Counted from the first letter of the stretch, positions 36,336 to 46,182 are shown. The stretch: DNA of 64,000 bases from Bacteroidota bacterium (GCA_038528235.1 JBCBEX010000002.1:44914-108913), one strand, 5' to 3'. Made by a program: numbers and translations. Notes: generated by a model not told the origin, from the letters alone.

Positions 36336-36403
36336 GGGCGCGAGAGGTGGGGGAGCAGAGCGCGCAGTGTCTCAAGCCGAGACGCTGGAGAGAGGCGCGT
36401 CAG

Positions 36404-36446
36404 AATAACAAAAAGCGCGCCGACGGGGTGGGGACGTCGACGCGCT
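36404..36446 (-). terminator. rho-independent terminator downstream of the phasin gene
   Basis: On the minus strand, AGCGCGTCGACG-loop-CGTCGGCGCGCT (12 bp including one G-U) followed by TTTTTGTTATT. Confidence 0.75.
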
Positions 36447-36472
36447 GGGGATACGCTGTGTGGCCAGGGCGC

Positions 36473-37069
36473 TTAGCGCTTGCGGAGCTCGGCGACAGCC
36501 TTGGCAGCTTCGTCCTTGCCCTGCACCTTCTTCAGCACGGCACCGCCCACGCGGACTTCGTACCAGCCCCCGCCGAGGTGCTTGGCCGAGATGCCGCTGT
36601 CGGCGTCGGCGCGGTCAGAGCGGAGCTTCTCGATGTTGGCGGCGAGGCGCTCGACGCTCTCGGTGAGTTCGGTGATCTCGCGGCGCGTCGGGACGCCGAG
36701 GCGGCGCATGGCCGTGGTGACGGCGTCCTGCACGTTGTGCTCGACCTTCTTGCTGGCCTCCCCCGCCACGAAGACGGCCTCGTCGCGACGCTCCAGGAGC
36801 GCGGTGGCTAGGTTCGACGCCTGCGTCTGAAGGGTGGTCACGGCGCTCTGCGCAACCTCGCGGCCGGGGACGGTGAGGTCAAACGACGCCCCCTTGTCGG
36901 TCATCTGCTTGAAGAGCTTCGTGCCTTCCTCCTCAGCGAGGGAGAGGACGCCGAGGCCCGCGAGGACGATCTTGTGCGCGAGCTCGCGCGCGTCGGCAGC
37001 GGTTGTCTGTACGGCTTCGACCTGACGCTTGGCAAGCGCGGTCAGGGGCGCTTCGTTCTGGGTAGCCAT
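36473..37069 (-). CDS. PHA granule-associated protein (phasin, PhaF-type) with extra C-terminal domain
   Basis: LGVPTRREITELTESVERLAANIEKL matches the phasin family motif. The C-terminal tail is HLGGGWYEVRVGGAVLKKVQGKDEAAKAV. Confidence 0.65.
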   Translation of the reverse strand: MATQNEAPLTALAKRQVEAVQTTAADARELAHKIVLAGLGVLSLAEEEGTKLFKQMTDKGASFDLTVPGREVAQSAVTTLQTQASNLATALLERRDEAVFVAGEASKKVEHNVQDAVTTAMRRLGVPTRREITELTESVERLAANIEKLRSDRADADSGISAKHLGGGWYEVRVGGAVLKKVQGKDEAAKAVAELRKR

Positions 37070-37185
37070 GGGAGTTCGGTGTTGGGAGAGTCGGGAACGG
37101 GGTGGCAGCGGACGAGGACCGGAGCGAGGATCTCAGAGCCCCGGCCCTCGTCGTTTGCCATCCTCCTGAATGGAGGTCAGACGAC

Positions 37186-37734
37186 TTACGCCTTGCGGAG
37201 GTCGTCGACCTGCTTGTTGAGCTTGGCGACGGTCGCCTGGAGGGTCTGCACGTCCTGACGCGTCGGCATGCCGATGCGGTGGAGCGCTTCGGCGACGGCC
37301 TTCTCGACCTGCGTCTGGAGGTCCTTGGCGGTCTTCTCGAAGAGCTTCTTACCCTCCTCAGCCTGCGCCTCAACAGCGCCGGTGAGCTCTTCGGTCTGCG
37401 CCTTCACAGCCTCGACGGCCTCCTCGGACTGCTTCTCGAAGCGGGTGAACTGCTCCTGCACGAACGCACGGGGGCGCTCCACGAGTTGCTGCGGCCACTC
37501 GACCTCTTCGCCGCGAGCGACGAGGTTCGTGTACGTCTTGGTGGTCTCCTCGGCCACGGCCAGGTAGGCGCCGACGCCAGCCCGGAGCACGTCGAGGGTA
37601 GTCTTGCGGACGGCCTCCGAGGCGTCGAGGGCCGTCTGCGAAGCGGTCTTGGCGGTCCGGCGAAGGTCGATGATCGCGCGTTCGACGAGCTCTTCGACCT
37701 GCTGGACGTAGGGGTTGTTGGTCTGGGTAGCCAT
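37186..37734 (-). CDS. PHA granule-associated protein (phasin)
   Basis: RIGMPTRQDVQTLQATVAKLNKQVDDL motif in a helical, charged sequence. Confidence 0.65.
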   Translation of the reverse strand: MATQTNNPYVQQVEELVERAIIDLRRTAKTASQTALDASEAVRKTTLDVLRAGVGAYLAVAEETTKTYTNLVARGEEVEWPQQLVERPRAFVQEQFTRFEKQSEEAVEAVKAQTEELTGAVEAQAEEGKKLFEKTAKDLQTQVEKAVAEALHRIGMPTRQDVQTLQATVAKLNKQVDDLRKA

Positions 37735-37781
37735 GGATGGTACCTCGGGGTTGGATGGATGAAACAGGTGGGGGACGTCGG

Positions 37782-38363
37782 TTAGCGGTCGCCCTGCTCG
37801 CTGGGGTTCGACCCGAGCGTGTCGAGGTGCGACTCGAGTGCTTCGAGGCGGGCGCGGAGGCGCGCCATCTCGTCGCGGATGTCGGGGCCGGGCGCGTCCG
37901 ACGTGTCGTCGGCCTTCGCGCGGCTGGCGGGGGTGAAACGGTCCATGGAGGTCTTGACGAAGTCCTCGACCTGCTGCTGGACCTGGCGGACGCCTTCGCT
38001 GCTGGCGCGGACAGCCTGCTCGCCCGCACGCACGGCGGTTTCGCTGACACGCTCACTGACGCGGGCAGCGTTGAGGCTCAGCCGCTCGCCCATGCGGATC
38101 ACGTCGTGCAGAAAGCCCTTCGGGAGCGTGTTGCCATCCCGGCGGCTCTCCTCGGCGATGAGTTGGGTGAGCACGGCCGCCGTGACATCTTCGCCCGTCT
38201 TGTTGTCTTCAACGCGGATCTGCGCACCATCGCGGATGTGCCGGGCGATCTCGTCGAGCGAGATGTAGCGGCTCTGCGTGGTGTCGTAGAGCTTGCGGCT
38301 GCCATAGCGCTTGATGAGGCGCGGGGCGTCGGCGGCAGCGTCGGACTGGGGGGCGTCAGACAT
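37782..38363 (-). CDS. phaR: polyhydroxyalkanoate synthesis repressor PhaR
   Basis: Internal ATG at 38363. LIKRYGSRKLYDTTQSRYISLDEIARHIRDG...VEDNKTGEDVTAAVLTQLI is the PhaR N-terminal signature. Confidence 0.8.
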   Translation of the reverse strand: MSDAPQSDAAADAPRLIKRYGSRKLYDTTQSRYISLDEIARHIRDGAQIRVEDNKTGEDVTAAVLTQLIAEESRRDGNTLPKGFLHDVIRMGERLSLNAARVSERVSETAVRAGEQAVRASSEGVRQVQQQVEDFVKTSMDRFTPASRAKADDTSDAPGPDIRDEMARLRARLEALESHLDTLGSNPSEQGDR

Positions 38364-38597
38364 CGGAGCAAAGGGATGAAGGCGATAGCGTTGACGGCGG
38401 CTTTGACGCATTGCGGCATCACCTGTTCCCAATATTGACACATCGCGGCACAAACGATAGCCACAGCGCGGCATTTCACGATGGGTTCACGGCCTGCGCG
38501 CCGCCCGTTCACGATTGCGCCCGTCTCGCCCCACCAATACCGTCGGGAGCCCGATCTTACCAGCGTCGTCTTTGCCTCTCCTCCAACCCGCCCCCCG

Positions 38598-38873
38598 ATG
38601 CCGCACATCGACGTACGCCGCCGTCACGACCTTGGCCGCGAGGCAGCCCGAACCCTCGCCACGGAGCTAGCCGCCGACCTCGAACGGGACTACGGCGTCG
38701 ATGCTCGCTGGGACGGCGACGTGCTGCGTATCGCCGGCCGCGGTGTCAAGGGTGACGTGGTCGCCACCGACACGGAGTTGCGCGTCCAGGCATCGCTGAG
38801 CATGATGATGCGTCCGCTGCGCGGCGCGCTCACCCGCGAGATCGAACGCACGCTCGACGAGGCGCTGAGATAG
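38598..38873 (+). CDS. polyhydroxyalkanoic acid system protein (PHA_gran_rgn family)
   Basis: The internal ATG at 38598 gives MPHIDVRRRHDLGREAARTLATELAADLERDYGV..., the family pattern as I remember it. Confidence 0.6.
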   Translation: MPHIDVRRRHDLGREAARTLATELAADLERDYGVDARWDGDVLRIAGRGVKGDVVATDTELRVQASLSMMMRPLRGALTREIERTLDEALR

Positions 38874-38918
38874 CGGTCCCAACGCCCGCCATCTCTCCCC
38901 GATTGGCCTACCGTTTCC

Positions 38919-39503
38919 CTAGACCGGGGCATTGTTCATGATCGCCCAGACGAAGCCGACGATCAGCAAGAAGGAGAAGAGCAAAAAGCTCATCGTGAGC
39001 AGTAGCGCCGTGTGCGTGACGCTCTCAGGCCGCTCGTAGGGAGGAATGAGGTCCTTTTCGAAGGCGTAGGCGGCGCGGGCCTTCGCGATGTCCTTCGCCA
39101 GCGCAGCCTTTTTGGCTTCTTGCTCGGCCAGGTACGCATCCACGGCGTCGTCACCGGCGGCCACGAACCGGCCGTAGCCGCTCTGAACGGTCATCCCACC
39201 GGGCGTGGTGGCTTCCACGCGCCAAAACAGGTCCGACGCACGCACAGGCAACGTGCTGAAGAGCGTCAGCTCAGTCGCGGTGCCTGCATCGAGTTCGAGC
39301 ACGTCGCCTGCAAACGACTCATCGTCGGAGATCTGAACGACGTAGCCGGTCGCGTTGGGCACGCCGTGCCACTGGAACGATGCGGCACCGGCATCCACGA
39401 GCGCGCCGCCGAGTGGGCTGATCGGGCGCGGTACGTTCTCGGCTTGGGCCGCGCCCTTGCTCTTGGCTTGCGTGGTCGTTGGAGTTAGCAGGGCAGTAGA
39501 CAT
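38919..39503 (-). CDS. C-terminally anchored hypothetical protein (FN3-like segment)
   Basis: Start chosen at MSTALLT (39503) to avoid ccoS. Contains FQWHGVPNATGYVVQISDDESF and a C-terminal TM helix. Confidence 0.45.
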   Translation of the reverse strand: MSTALLTPTTTQAKSKGAAQAENVPRPISPLGGALVDAGAASFQWHGVPNATGYVVQISDDESFAGDVLELDAGTATELTLFSTLPVRASDLFWRVEATTPGGMTVQSGYGRFVAAGDDAVDAYLAEQEAKKAALAKDIAKARAAYAFEKDLIPPYERPESVTHTALLLTMSFLLFSFLLIVGFVWAIMNNAPV

Positions 39504-39543
39504 GATGGGTTGAGTCAGGTGAACGCGGTCAGGAATGGACCTC

Positions 39544-39699
39544 TCAGGACGAAGGGACATGATCATCCTCAATCAGGATGCGGAGCGCCGGCGTCTCGAC
39601 ATCGTCGAACTGCCCAGAGCGGACAGCCCAGCGGAACGCGAGCACGCCAGCCCCAGCGAGGAGGAGGGCGAGCGGGATCAGGACGTAGAGGACAGCCAT
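39544..39699 (-). CDS. ccoS: cbb3-type cytochrome oxidase assembly protein CcoS (51 aa)
   Basis: Hand translation gives MAVLYVLIPLALLLAGAGVLAFRWAVRSGQFDDVETPALRILIEDDHVPSS, which matches the CcoS/FixS pattern (WAxxSGQxDD...RIL). Below the ORF-track size cut-off. Confidence 0.75.
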   Translation of the reverse strand: MAVLYVLIPLALLLAGAGVLAFRWAVRSGQFDDVETPALRILIEDDHVPSS

Positions 39700-42311
39700 G
39701 GCGAGGTGGTCGTGGGTCCGGGGTCGGTTGCGACATGGTGACCGGAGCTTCCCGTCGAGTGACCAGGGGTCAGGGACGACGGGACCGCGCCGTCGGCACG
39801 GAAGGAGCGCTGCAGGATGGACGACGCCACCACGAGCAGCGACGAGATCGGCATGGCCACAGCGGCGACGAGCGGGGTCACGAGCCCGAGCATCGCCGCA
39901 GCAGCGCCACCGACGTTGTAGACGAGCGAGATGCCGAGATTCCGGCGCACCACGCCGAGCGTGTGGTGGGTCCCGGCGAAGGCTTCGGCGAGCGGCGCGA
40001 GGCCGAGGCGCGTCAGGAACACGTCCGCCGCGACGAGGCTGGCCGTGCTGCCCCCGCCGACGGCCACGCCCACGTCAGCCGCTCGTAGCGCCGCAGCGTC
40101 GTTGACGCCGTCGCCGACCATCACGACCACGCGGCCCTCGGCTTGCAGCGCTTCGACGGCATCCCGCTTTTCTTCGGGCGCGACGCCGCCGTGGGCGCGC
40201 TCCGCAGGGATACCGAGCGTCTCTGCAACCGCCGCGACCGCCGACGGGTGGTCGCCCGAGCAGAGGTGGATCGTCAGCCCAGCCGCTTCGAGGGCGCGGA
40301 GGACGGCAGGCGCATCGTCGCGGAGGCGGTCGCCGATGGCGCACACGGCAGCGGGCTGCCCGTCGAGGGCGATGGCGACGGGCGTGTGCCCCGCACGGGC
40401 GAAACGGTTGACGGCCCCCGTCAGTGTGTCGGAGACCCCATCGGTCTGCGCCCACACCCACGTCGGCTTGCCGACGATCACAGCCTGCCCGTCCACAACG
40501 CCCCGCACGCCCTGCCCCGCCTCGGCCTCGAACGCCTCGGCCTTGAGCACCGGGCACCCGCGCGCGGCGACGAGCGCCGTCGCGACCGGATGGACCACAT
40601 CTGCTTCGAGCACCGCCGCGAGGTCGAGCGTGGCGTCGAGGTCCACCCCCTCAGCCACGGCCGTCTCTACGAGCTCCATGCGGCCCTCCGTGAGCGTACC
40701 CGTCTTGTCGAGCACGACGGTGTTCGCTTCGGTGAGCCGCTGCGTGGCGGCGTCCGACTTCAGGAAAATCCCCCGCCGCGCTGCGCGACCGGCCGCGACG
40801 GCCATGGCAAGCGGCGTCGCCATGCCGATGGCGCAGGGGCAGGTAATCACCAACAGCGCCACGACGTGATGCGCGGCGAGAGAGAACGTCCCGAAGAACG
40901 TCCAGGCCACCGCCGTGAGCGCTGCTAGACTCAATACGCTGAGCGAGAAGTACCCGCTCAGCCGGTCCGCGAGGAGCACGACGCGTGCCTTACGTCCCTC
41001 CTCGTCGCGGACCCATTTCAACAGGCGGCCGACGCGCGTCGCCTCTCCGGTAGCCACTACCCGGACGCGAAGCGGGCTAACTAGGTTGGTCGCACCGGCT
41101 TCCACGGCATCGCCCTCGGCGACGGCCACCGGGCGGCTCTCGCCGGTGAGGACCGCGTTGTTGAGCTGGCTAGTACCCTGCGTGACGATGCCATCGACGG
41201 GGATGACCTCGCCTGCAGGAACCTCGACGGTCTCGCCGCGCGCCAGTTCGTCGAGGCGCGCCACCACCGTTTCGCCGGAGGCTGACACGCGGCGGACCAT
41301 CGAGGGAAGAAGCGAGAGCAGCCGCTCGGAGGCATCGCCTGCGAGGCGACGGCTGCGGAGTTGGAGCCACCGCGCCGTCAAGAGCGCCGCGACGAGGACC
41401 GTGATCGAGTCGAACCACACCTCGCCCTGACCAGTGACCGTCGCCCATGCGCTGTGGAGCGTGCCCACGCCGATGCCGAGCGCGATGGGCGTGTCGATGT
41501 GGAGGCGGCGCGGGTCGCGGGCGCGCCAGGCGAGGCGCACCGATGCCCAGGCGCGCTGAAAGAACGGCGCGCCTCCATAGCCGACCGCCGGGACGGCGAG
41601 CGCAAGGCTGACCCAGCGCGCGAAGGCCGCCATCGTCGCGTCCGCCTCCGCGTCGAGGCCGGAGTAGAACGCGAAGGCGAGCAGCATCACGTTGCCCGCG
41701 AGCGCCCACGCTACCCCCATCCGCAGGAGCAGCTTACGCTCGGCCTCGGTGCGGCGGCCTGTCGCCTGCGTCCGCATAGGCCGCGCCGCATAGCCAAACC
41801 GCGCGAGCCACCGTCCGACCTCGGAGAGCTTGACGGCCTCGGGGTCGAATGTGAGTGTAAGTCGTGCCCGCGGGAGGTCGAGTACGGCTTCTGCAACGCC
41901 GTTGATCTCGAACGGTAGGCGCTCGACGAGCCACACGCACGCGGCGCAGTGAACGCCATCGAGGAAGAGGTGCGTCCGGCGCAAGCCCTCGCCCGCGTCC
42001 GTTGTGTGCTGTGCGAGAAAGGCATCGGTGTCGAGTTCCGCCAGTTGCAACGCGTCGCTTTCGGCAGGCCGTGCATCTCGCTGCGATGCCGCGACACCGC
42101 GCAGGCGGTAGTAGGTCTCGCCGAAGCCCGCCGTACTGAGCGCGTCGTGGACAACCTGGCAGCCTGTGCAGCAGAAGGCCAGCGGCAGGCTATCGCCGCC
42201 GGCGGTACCGAGCACCGGGCGCGGCCCCACGGGCAGTCCGCAGTGCACGCACGGCGTCTCCGGCGCGAGCGGAGCGCTGATGGGTACGCTATGGGTCCGC
42301 GCGTCGCTCAT
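39678..42311 (-). CDS. ccoI: heavy-metal (copper) translocating P1B-type ATPase, CcoI/FixI-like
   Basis: Motifs CPC (ITCPCAIG), DKTGTLT and GDGVNDA, plus N-terminal Cys pairs. Internal ATG at 42311 (MSDARTH) overlaps the upstream stop as ATGA. Confidence 0.85.
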   Translation of the reverse strand: MSDARTHSVPISAPLAPETPCVHCGLPVGPRPVLGTAGGDSLPLAFCCTGCQVVHDALSTAGFGETYYRLRGVAASQRDARPAESDALQLAELDTDAFLAQHTTDAGEGLRRTHLFLDGVHCAACVWLVERLPFEINGVAEAVLDLPRARLTLTFDPEAVKLSEVGRWLARFGYAARPMRTQATGRRTEAERKLLLRMGVAWALAGNVMLLAFAFYSGLDAEADATMAAFARWVSLALAVPAVGYGGAPFFQRAWASVRLAWRARDPRRLHIDTPIALGIGVGTLHSAWATVTGQGEVWFDSITVLVAALLTARWLQLRSRRLAGDASERLLSLLPSMVRRVSASGETVVARLDELARGETVEVPAGEVIPVDGIVTQGTSQLNNAVLTGESRPVAVAEGDAVEAGATNLVSPLRVRVVATGEATRVGRLLKWVRDEEGRKARVVLLADRLSGYFSLSVLSLAALTAVAWTFFGTFSLAAHHVVALLVITCPCAIGMATPLAMAVAAGRAARRGIFLKSDAATQRLTEANTVVLDKTGTLTEGRMELVETAVAEGVDLDATLDLAAVLEADVVHPVATALVAARGCPVLKAEAFEAEAGQGVRGVVDGQAVIVGKPTWVWAQTDGVSDTLTGAVNRFARAGHTPVAIALDGQPAAVCAIGDRLRDDAPAVLRALEAAGLTIHLCSGDHPSAVAAVAETLGIPAERAHGGVAPEEKRDAVEALQAEGRVVVMVGDGVNDAAALRAADVGVAVGGGSTASLVAADVFLTRLGLAPLAEAFAGTHHTLGVVRRNLGISLVYNVGGAAAAMLGLVTPLVAAVAMPISSLLVVASSILQRSFRADGAVPSSLTPGHSTGSSGHHVATDPGPTTTSPWLSSTS

Positions 42312-42514
42312 CGCTCGGGCGCGTACTCGGAGGACTCGACCACCGTCACGCCGCCGTCGACGTTTGCCATGTAGGCGGTGTAGAGCGCCGCCGTGACGCT
42401 CATCGCGAGCAACAGCACGATGAAGAGCGGCCACGCGATGTGCGGCGGAATCAGATCGCGGCGGGGCGCCTCGTGGGGAGTGTGACCGTTGGATTGCACG
42501 ATGGTCTCTGTCAT
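42308..42514 (-). CDS. small single-TM protein in the FixH/CcoH position
   Basis: 68 aa with TM segment WPLFIVLLLAMSVTAALYTAY, translationally coupled to ccoI. Much shorter than typical FixH. Confidence 0.45.
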   Translation of the reverse strand: MTETIVQSNGHTPHEAPRRDLIPPHIAWPLFIVLLLAMSVTAALYTAYMANVDGGVTVVESSEYAPER

Positions 42515-42607
42515 GGAAAGATTGCGAGGGTGGGTGAGGCGACTCGGTGTGGTAGTGGAGCCTATGGAGCGTCACCGCAACACGGCCTCACTGCGACACC
42601 GCCGCAC

Positions 42608-44062
42608 TCATTCAGAAGGGCCGAGCAGGACGTACTCGACCTCCTCGACGGTGCCGTCGTCGAAGTCGAGGGCGAAGCGGGCGGTGCGCTCGTCGTCGGT
42701 GGCGAAGGTGGCGGCGGAGACGACGACCCATACCTCGACGCGCTTCATCTCCTGCGGCGCGAGCAGGACGGGCTGCACGCCCACGATGCGGAGCGTGGCG
42801 TTGGCGGGGTCGAGCGCGCGGATCTCGAAGGCCGCGTCGCGCGGGGTCTGGTTGCGGACGCGGAAGCGGAGGCGGTTGGCGACAGTGCCATCGGGGAGTT
42901 CGGTGTACGGCAAGCCGACGGTCCGCCCGACGTTTACGTCATAGCTGCCGCGCGTGGCGACGCCCACCGAGAGTGCGGTCACGAGCGCGGCGAAGAAGAG
43001 CGTGTAGAGCACCGTCCGGGGACGCACGATGCGCGTCTTCTCGCCGTCGAGCGCGTGCTCCGAGGTGTAGCGGATGAGCCCGCGCGGCAGGTCCATCTTG
43101 TCCATGATGCTGTCGCAGGCGTCGATGCACTGGGTGCAGGCGATGCACTCCATCTGGAGCCCGTCGCGGATGTCGATGCCTGTCGGGCAGGTGCGGACGC
43201 AAGCGTAGCAATCGACGCAGTCGCCGAGCGCCTCGCCCGTCTTCTTGTTGTAGCGCACGCCGTCATCCTGCTTCTTGCCCTTGCCGCGCGCCTCGCCGCG
43301 GGTGAAGTCATAGGACACGATGAGCGAGTCCTCGTCCATCAGCACCGACTGGAAGCGCGCGTACGGGCACGCGATGGTGCACATCTGCTCGCGGAAGTAG
43401 CCGAAGTCGTAGAGGATGAGCGCCGACGTGCCCGCCATCATCACGAAGTAGCCCCAGTGCTCGCGTGGGTCGCCTTGCATGTAGGTGAGCAGCCGGTCCC
43501 AACCCACGAAGTAGGACACGAAGACGTGGGCAAGCGCAACTGAGATGACCCCGTAGATGCCGAGCTTGAGGGTGCGCCGCCACGCCCAGTCCATCGAGCG
43601 TGGTGCTTCGTTGCGGCGCTTGCGGACATGCTCCGGGCCCTCGATCCACCGCTCGATGGGACGATAGAGGAACTCCAGATAGACGGTCTGCGGGCAGCCC
43701 CAGCCGCACCACACGCGACCGAGGAGCGCCGTAAGCAGAAATACCGAGACGAGCGCGCTCAGGCCGAAGAGCAGCAGGTAGAACGTGTCGGTCGGGTAGA
43801 ACGTCGCGCCGAAGAGCGTGAACTCGCGTGCCATCACGTCGAGCAGCACGGCGGGCTTGCCGTTGATTTTGACGATCGGCAGCGCCACGAAGAAGGCGAT
43901 CAGCCCCCAGCCGAGCACCAGGCGGCGCTTCCAGAAGCGGCCCTTGCTAGGCGTCGGGTAGAGCCACTTTCGCTTACCGTCACGGTCGAGCGTGGTCAGG
44001 ACAGCCTCGGGAGATTCGAGGATACCGACCTCACCTACATCGACAAACTGGGGTGCAGGCAT
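42608..44062 (-). CDS. ccoG: cytochrome c oxidase accessory protein CcoG (4Fe-4S ferredoxin)
   Basis: Internal ATG at 44062 (MPAPQF). Cys clusters CVDCYACVRTCP and CIACTQCIDACD, with TM segments. Confidence 0.85.
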   Translation of the reverse strand: MPAPQFVDVGEVGILESPEAVLTTLDRDGKRKWLYPTPSKGRFWKRRLVLGWGLIAFFVALPIVKINGKPAVLLDVMAREFTLFGATFYPTDTFYLLLFGLSALVSVFLLTALLGRVWCGWGCPQTVYLEFLYRPIERWIEGPEHVRKRRNEAPRSMDWAWRRTLKLGIYGVISVALAHVFVSYFVGWDRLLTYMQGDPREHWGYFVMMAGTSALILYDFGYFREQMCTIACPYARFQSVLMDEDSLIVSYDFTRGEARGKGKKQDDGVRYNKKTGEALGDCVDCYACVRTCPTGIDIRDGLQMECIACTQCIDACDSIMDKMDLPRGLIRYTSEHALDGEKTRIVRPRTVLYTLFFAALVTALSVGVATRGSYDVNVGRTVGLPYTELPDGTVANRLRFRVRNQTPRDAAFEIRALDPANATLRIVGVQPVLLAPQEMKRVEVWVVVSAATFATDDERTARFALDFDDGTVEEVEYVLLGPSE

Positions 44063-44157
44063 GAGACCAAACCCCGTAGAGGGGCGCTGGACGACGAAAC
44101 GAAGGAGAGCCGGGCCTGTGGCGCAGGGCGTCGGCTCGCGAAACGGTGGCACACGCA

Positions 44158-44194
44158 ATAACCAACACGGGCCGCCGCATCTGCGACGGCCCGT
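44158..44194 (-). terminator. possible rho-independent terminator after the Na/Pi transporter gene
   Basis: ACGGGCCG-loop-CGGCCCGT followed on the minus strand by GTTGGTTATT. The T-tract is weak. Confidence 0.35.
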
Positions 44195-44253
44195 TGCCGT
44201 GTGCCCCGTGAGGGACCTCTGTTCGTCTGCGTAGGGGAATTCCCCACGCTGCT

Positions 44254-45402
44254 CTACAAGATCAGAAACTCCAGCAGGAGCGGCAGCGCGTAGAACAACC
44301 CCACGATGTAGGCGATGGCGTAGAGCCGATTCTTGAATGCCAGCTCGCCCACGAACTCGGCCATCCGGATCGGGACCTCGCGGAAGAACGGGATGGGGTA
44401 GATGAGCACGATCCCGAAAATGTTGAACAGCAGGTGCGCGAGCGCGATGGTCAACCCGGCCGCCGCTGCTGGCTCTCCGCTCGACACCGCCACGAGGGCG
44501 GCTAGCATCGCCGTTCCCGTCGTGCCGATGTTCGCGCCGAGCGTGTAGGGGAAGATCTGCCGGACTGTCAGGATGCCCGCGCCCACGAGAGGGATCACGA
44601 TGGACGTGGACACCGATGAGCTCTGCACCATGAACGTGATCACCACGCCGCAGAGCATCGCCACGATGGGGGCGCCGAAGATGTACTTGTGCAGCAGGCC
44701 TTCGGAGCGGCCCAGCACGAGCGCCTTCAGGATCTTGACGAGGAAGCGCAGCGAGAGGAAGAGCCCCGCCAGGCCGACGATCGCCATCAGCCAGGGGATC
44801 TCACCAAGACCCGACGCGATCAGCTCCGCCACGAGTTCGAACGGCGTGTCGCCCGGCTCGCCCGAATCGACACCCGGGAGCGCGTCGGCGAGAGCTTTGG
44901 CAGGCGTCGAGATGACGTCGAAGAGGACCTCCAGCGGGAGCAGGATGAGCACCGCCATCCAGTTGAAGAAGTCATGGACAGTCGCGCCTGCCATGGCGCG
45001 CTTGAACTCGTCGGGCCGCGTGATGTGGCCCATCGAGACGATCGTGTTCGTGACCGTCGTGCCGATGTTGGCACCCATGATGACCGGCACCGCGTTCTCG
45101 ATCGAGAGCGTGCCCGCGGCCACGAGCGTCACCACGAGCGAAGTCGTCGTCGACGAACTCTGCACGAGCGAGGTGACGAGGATGCCCGTGATGAGCGCTA
45201 GGATGGGCGTGTTAGTTGCCTTCTCGAGCATCCCCCGCAGATCGAAGGTCCCGCCGAGCGACTTGATGCCGTCGCCCATGACCTCCAGACTGACGACGAA
45301 CAGAAACAGCACCCCGGCGAGGGCGAGCAGGTTGAGCCACGTCGACGCGCCGCCGCTGCTGGGGGCGGGCGCCTGCGAGACCGGCGGGGTCGTGGGTTCC
45401 AT
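44254..45402 (-). CDS. Na/Pi cotransporter family protein
   Basis: Two repeats of the family signature (LVQSSSTTTSLVV and MVQSSSVSTSIVI), multi-TM. Confidence 0.85.
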   Translation of the reverse strand: MEPTTPPVSQAPAPSSGGASTWLNLLALAGVLFLFVVSLEVMGDGIKSLGGTFDLRGMLEKATNTPILALITGILVTSLVQSSSTTTSLVVTLVAAGTLSIENAVPVIMGANIGTTVTNTIVSMGHITRPDEFKRAMAGATVHDFFNWMAVLILLPLEVLFDVISTPAKALADALPGVDSGEPGDTPFELVAELIASGLGEIPWLMAIVGLAGLFLSLRFLVKILKALVLGRSEGLLHKYIFGAPIVAMLCGVVITFMVQSSSVSTSIVIPLVGAGILTVRQIFPYTLGANIGTTGTAMLAALVAVSSGEPAAAAGLTIALAHLLFNIFGIVLIYPIPFFREVPIRMAEFVGELAFKNRLYAIAYIVGLFYALPLLLEFLIL

Positions 45403-45522
45403 CGAGGTTGGTCCTTAGTGGCTTAGTCCTTTGATAGTGCTGGCTGGATGCACGTCTGCGAGGCCGGAGTCGGTCACGGCCCCGACCAACGACCGGGGAC
45501 GCGCGACTAGCAAACCGAGTCG

Positions 45523-46182
45523 CTACTCGTCGTCGCCGTCGGGGCCTTCGCGAAGGCGATCGAAGGGGCGCACGACCGCCGAGGCGATGGCCGCCAGGTG
45601 CGCGGCCGTGCGGAAGTGCAGGCGGGCCGCGATGCCCAGCGCGAGCGCGTCGGCCACCTGCACGTCGTCGGCTTTGGCGAGGGCAGTCACGAACGCCTCC
45701 ACGCGCTGCCGGATCTCGGCGGCGGCCTGCATCGCAGCCTCGGCAGCGTCCTGGTCGCTGTCGGCGAAGGCGGTGCGGACGGGGCCAAAGAGCGCCTGCA
45801 CGTCGGCGCTGATGCCGCGCAGCGTCTCGGCGTGCGGACCCGCGAGCGGCACGTCGGTGAGGTCGGCGACCTTCGCCAGCGACTTCGCGAGGTCGCCGGT
45901 ACGCTCAGCATCCTGCACCACGGACGCAATGGTGAGGCTCAGCGGTACCTCTGCCTCGCTGCTCAGGGCGAGGTGGCTCAGCACCGCCCGCTGCACCTGG
46001 CGTTCGCGCTCGTTGACAGCCTGATCGGCCGCGTCGAGATCGGTGAGCGGGGTGCCGTCGAGGACGTGCCCGGCGGCGGCCTCGAACATCTGGGCGGTCG
46101 CGGCCAGCATGGCGTCCATGTGACGCAGGCTCTCGGTGACGAGCGCAGGCTGCTGCTGGGTAAAGAGGTCAAAAAAGCCCAT
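45523..46182 (-). CDS. PhoU-domain protein
   Basis: Internal ATG at 46182 (MGFFDLF). PhoU-like helical repeats with AERTGDLAKSLAK, upstream of the Na/Pi transporter on the same strand. Confidence 0.6.
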   Translation of the reverse strand: MGFFDLFTQQQPALVTESLRHMDAMLAATAQMFEAAAGHVLDGTPLTDLDAADQAVNERERQVQRAVLSHLALSSEAEVPLSLTIASVVQDAERTGDLAKSLAKVADLTDVPLAGPHAETLRGISADVQALFGPVRTAFADSDQDAAEAAMQAAAEIRQRVEAFVTALAKADDVQVADALALGIAARLHFRTAAHLAAIASAVVRPFDRLREGPDGDDE

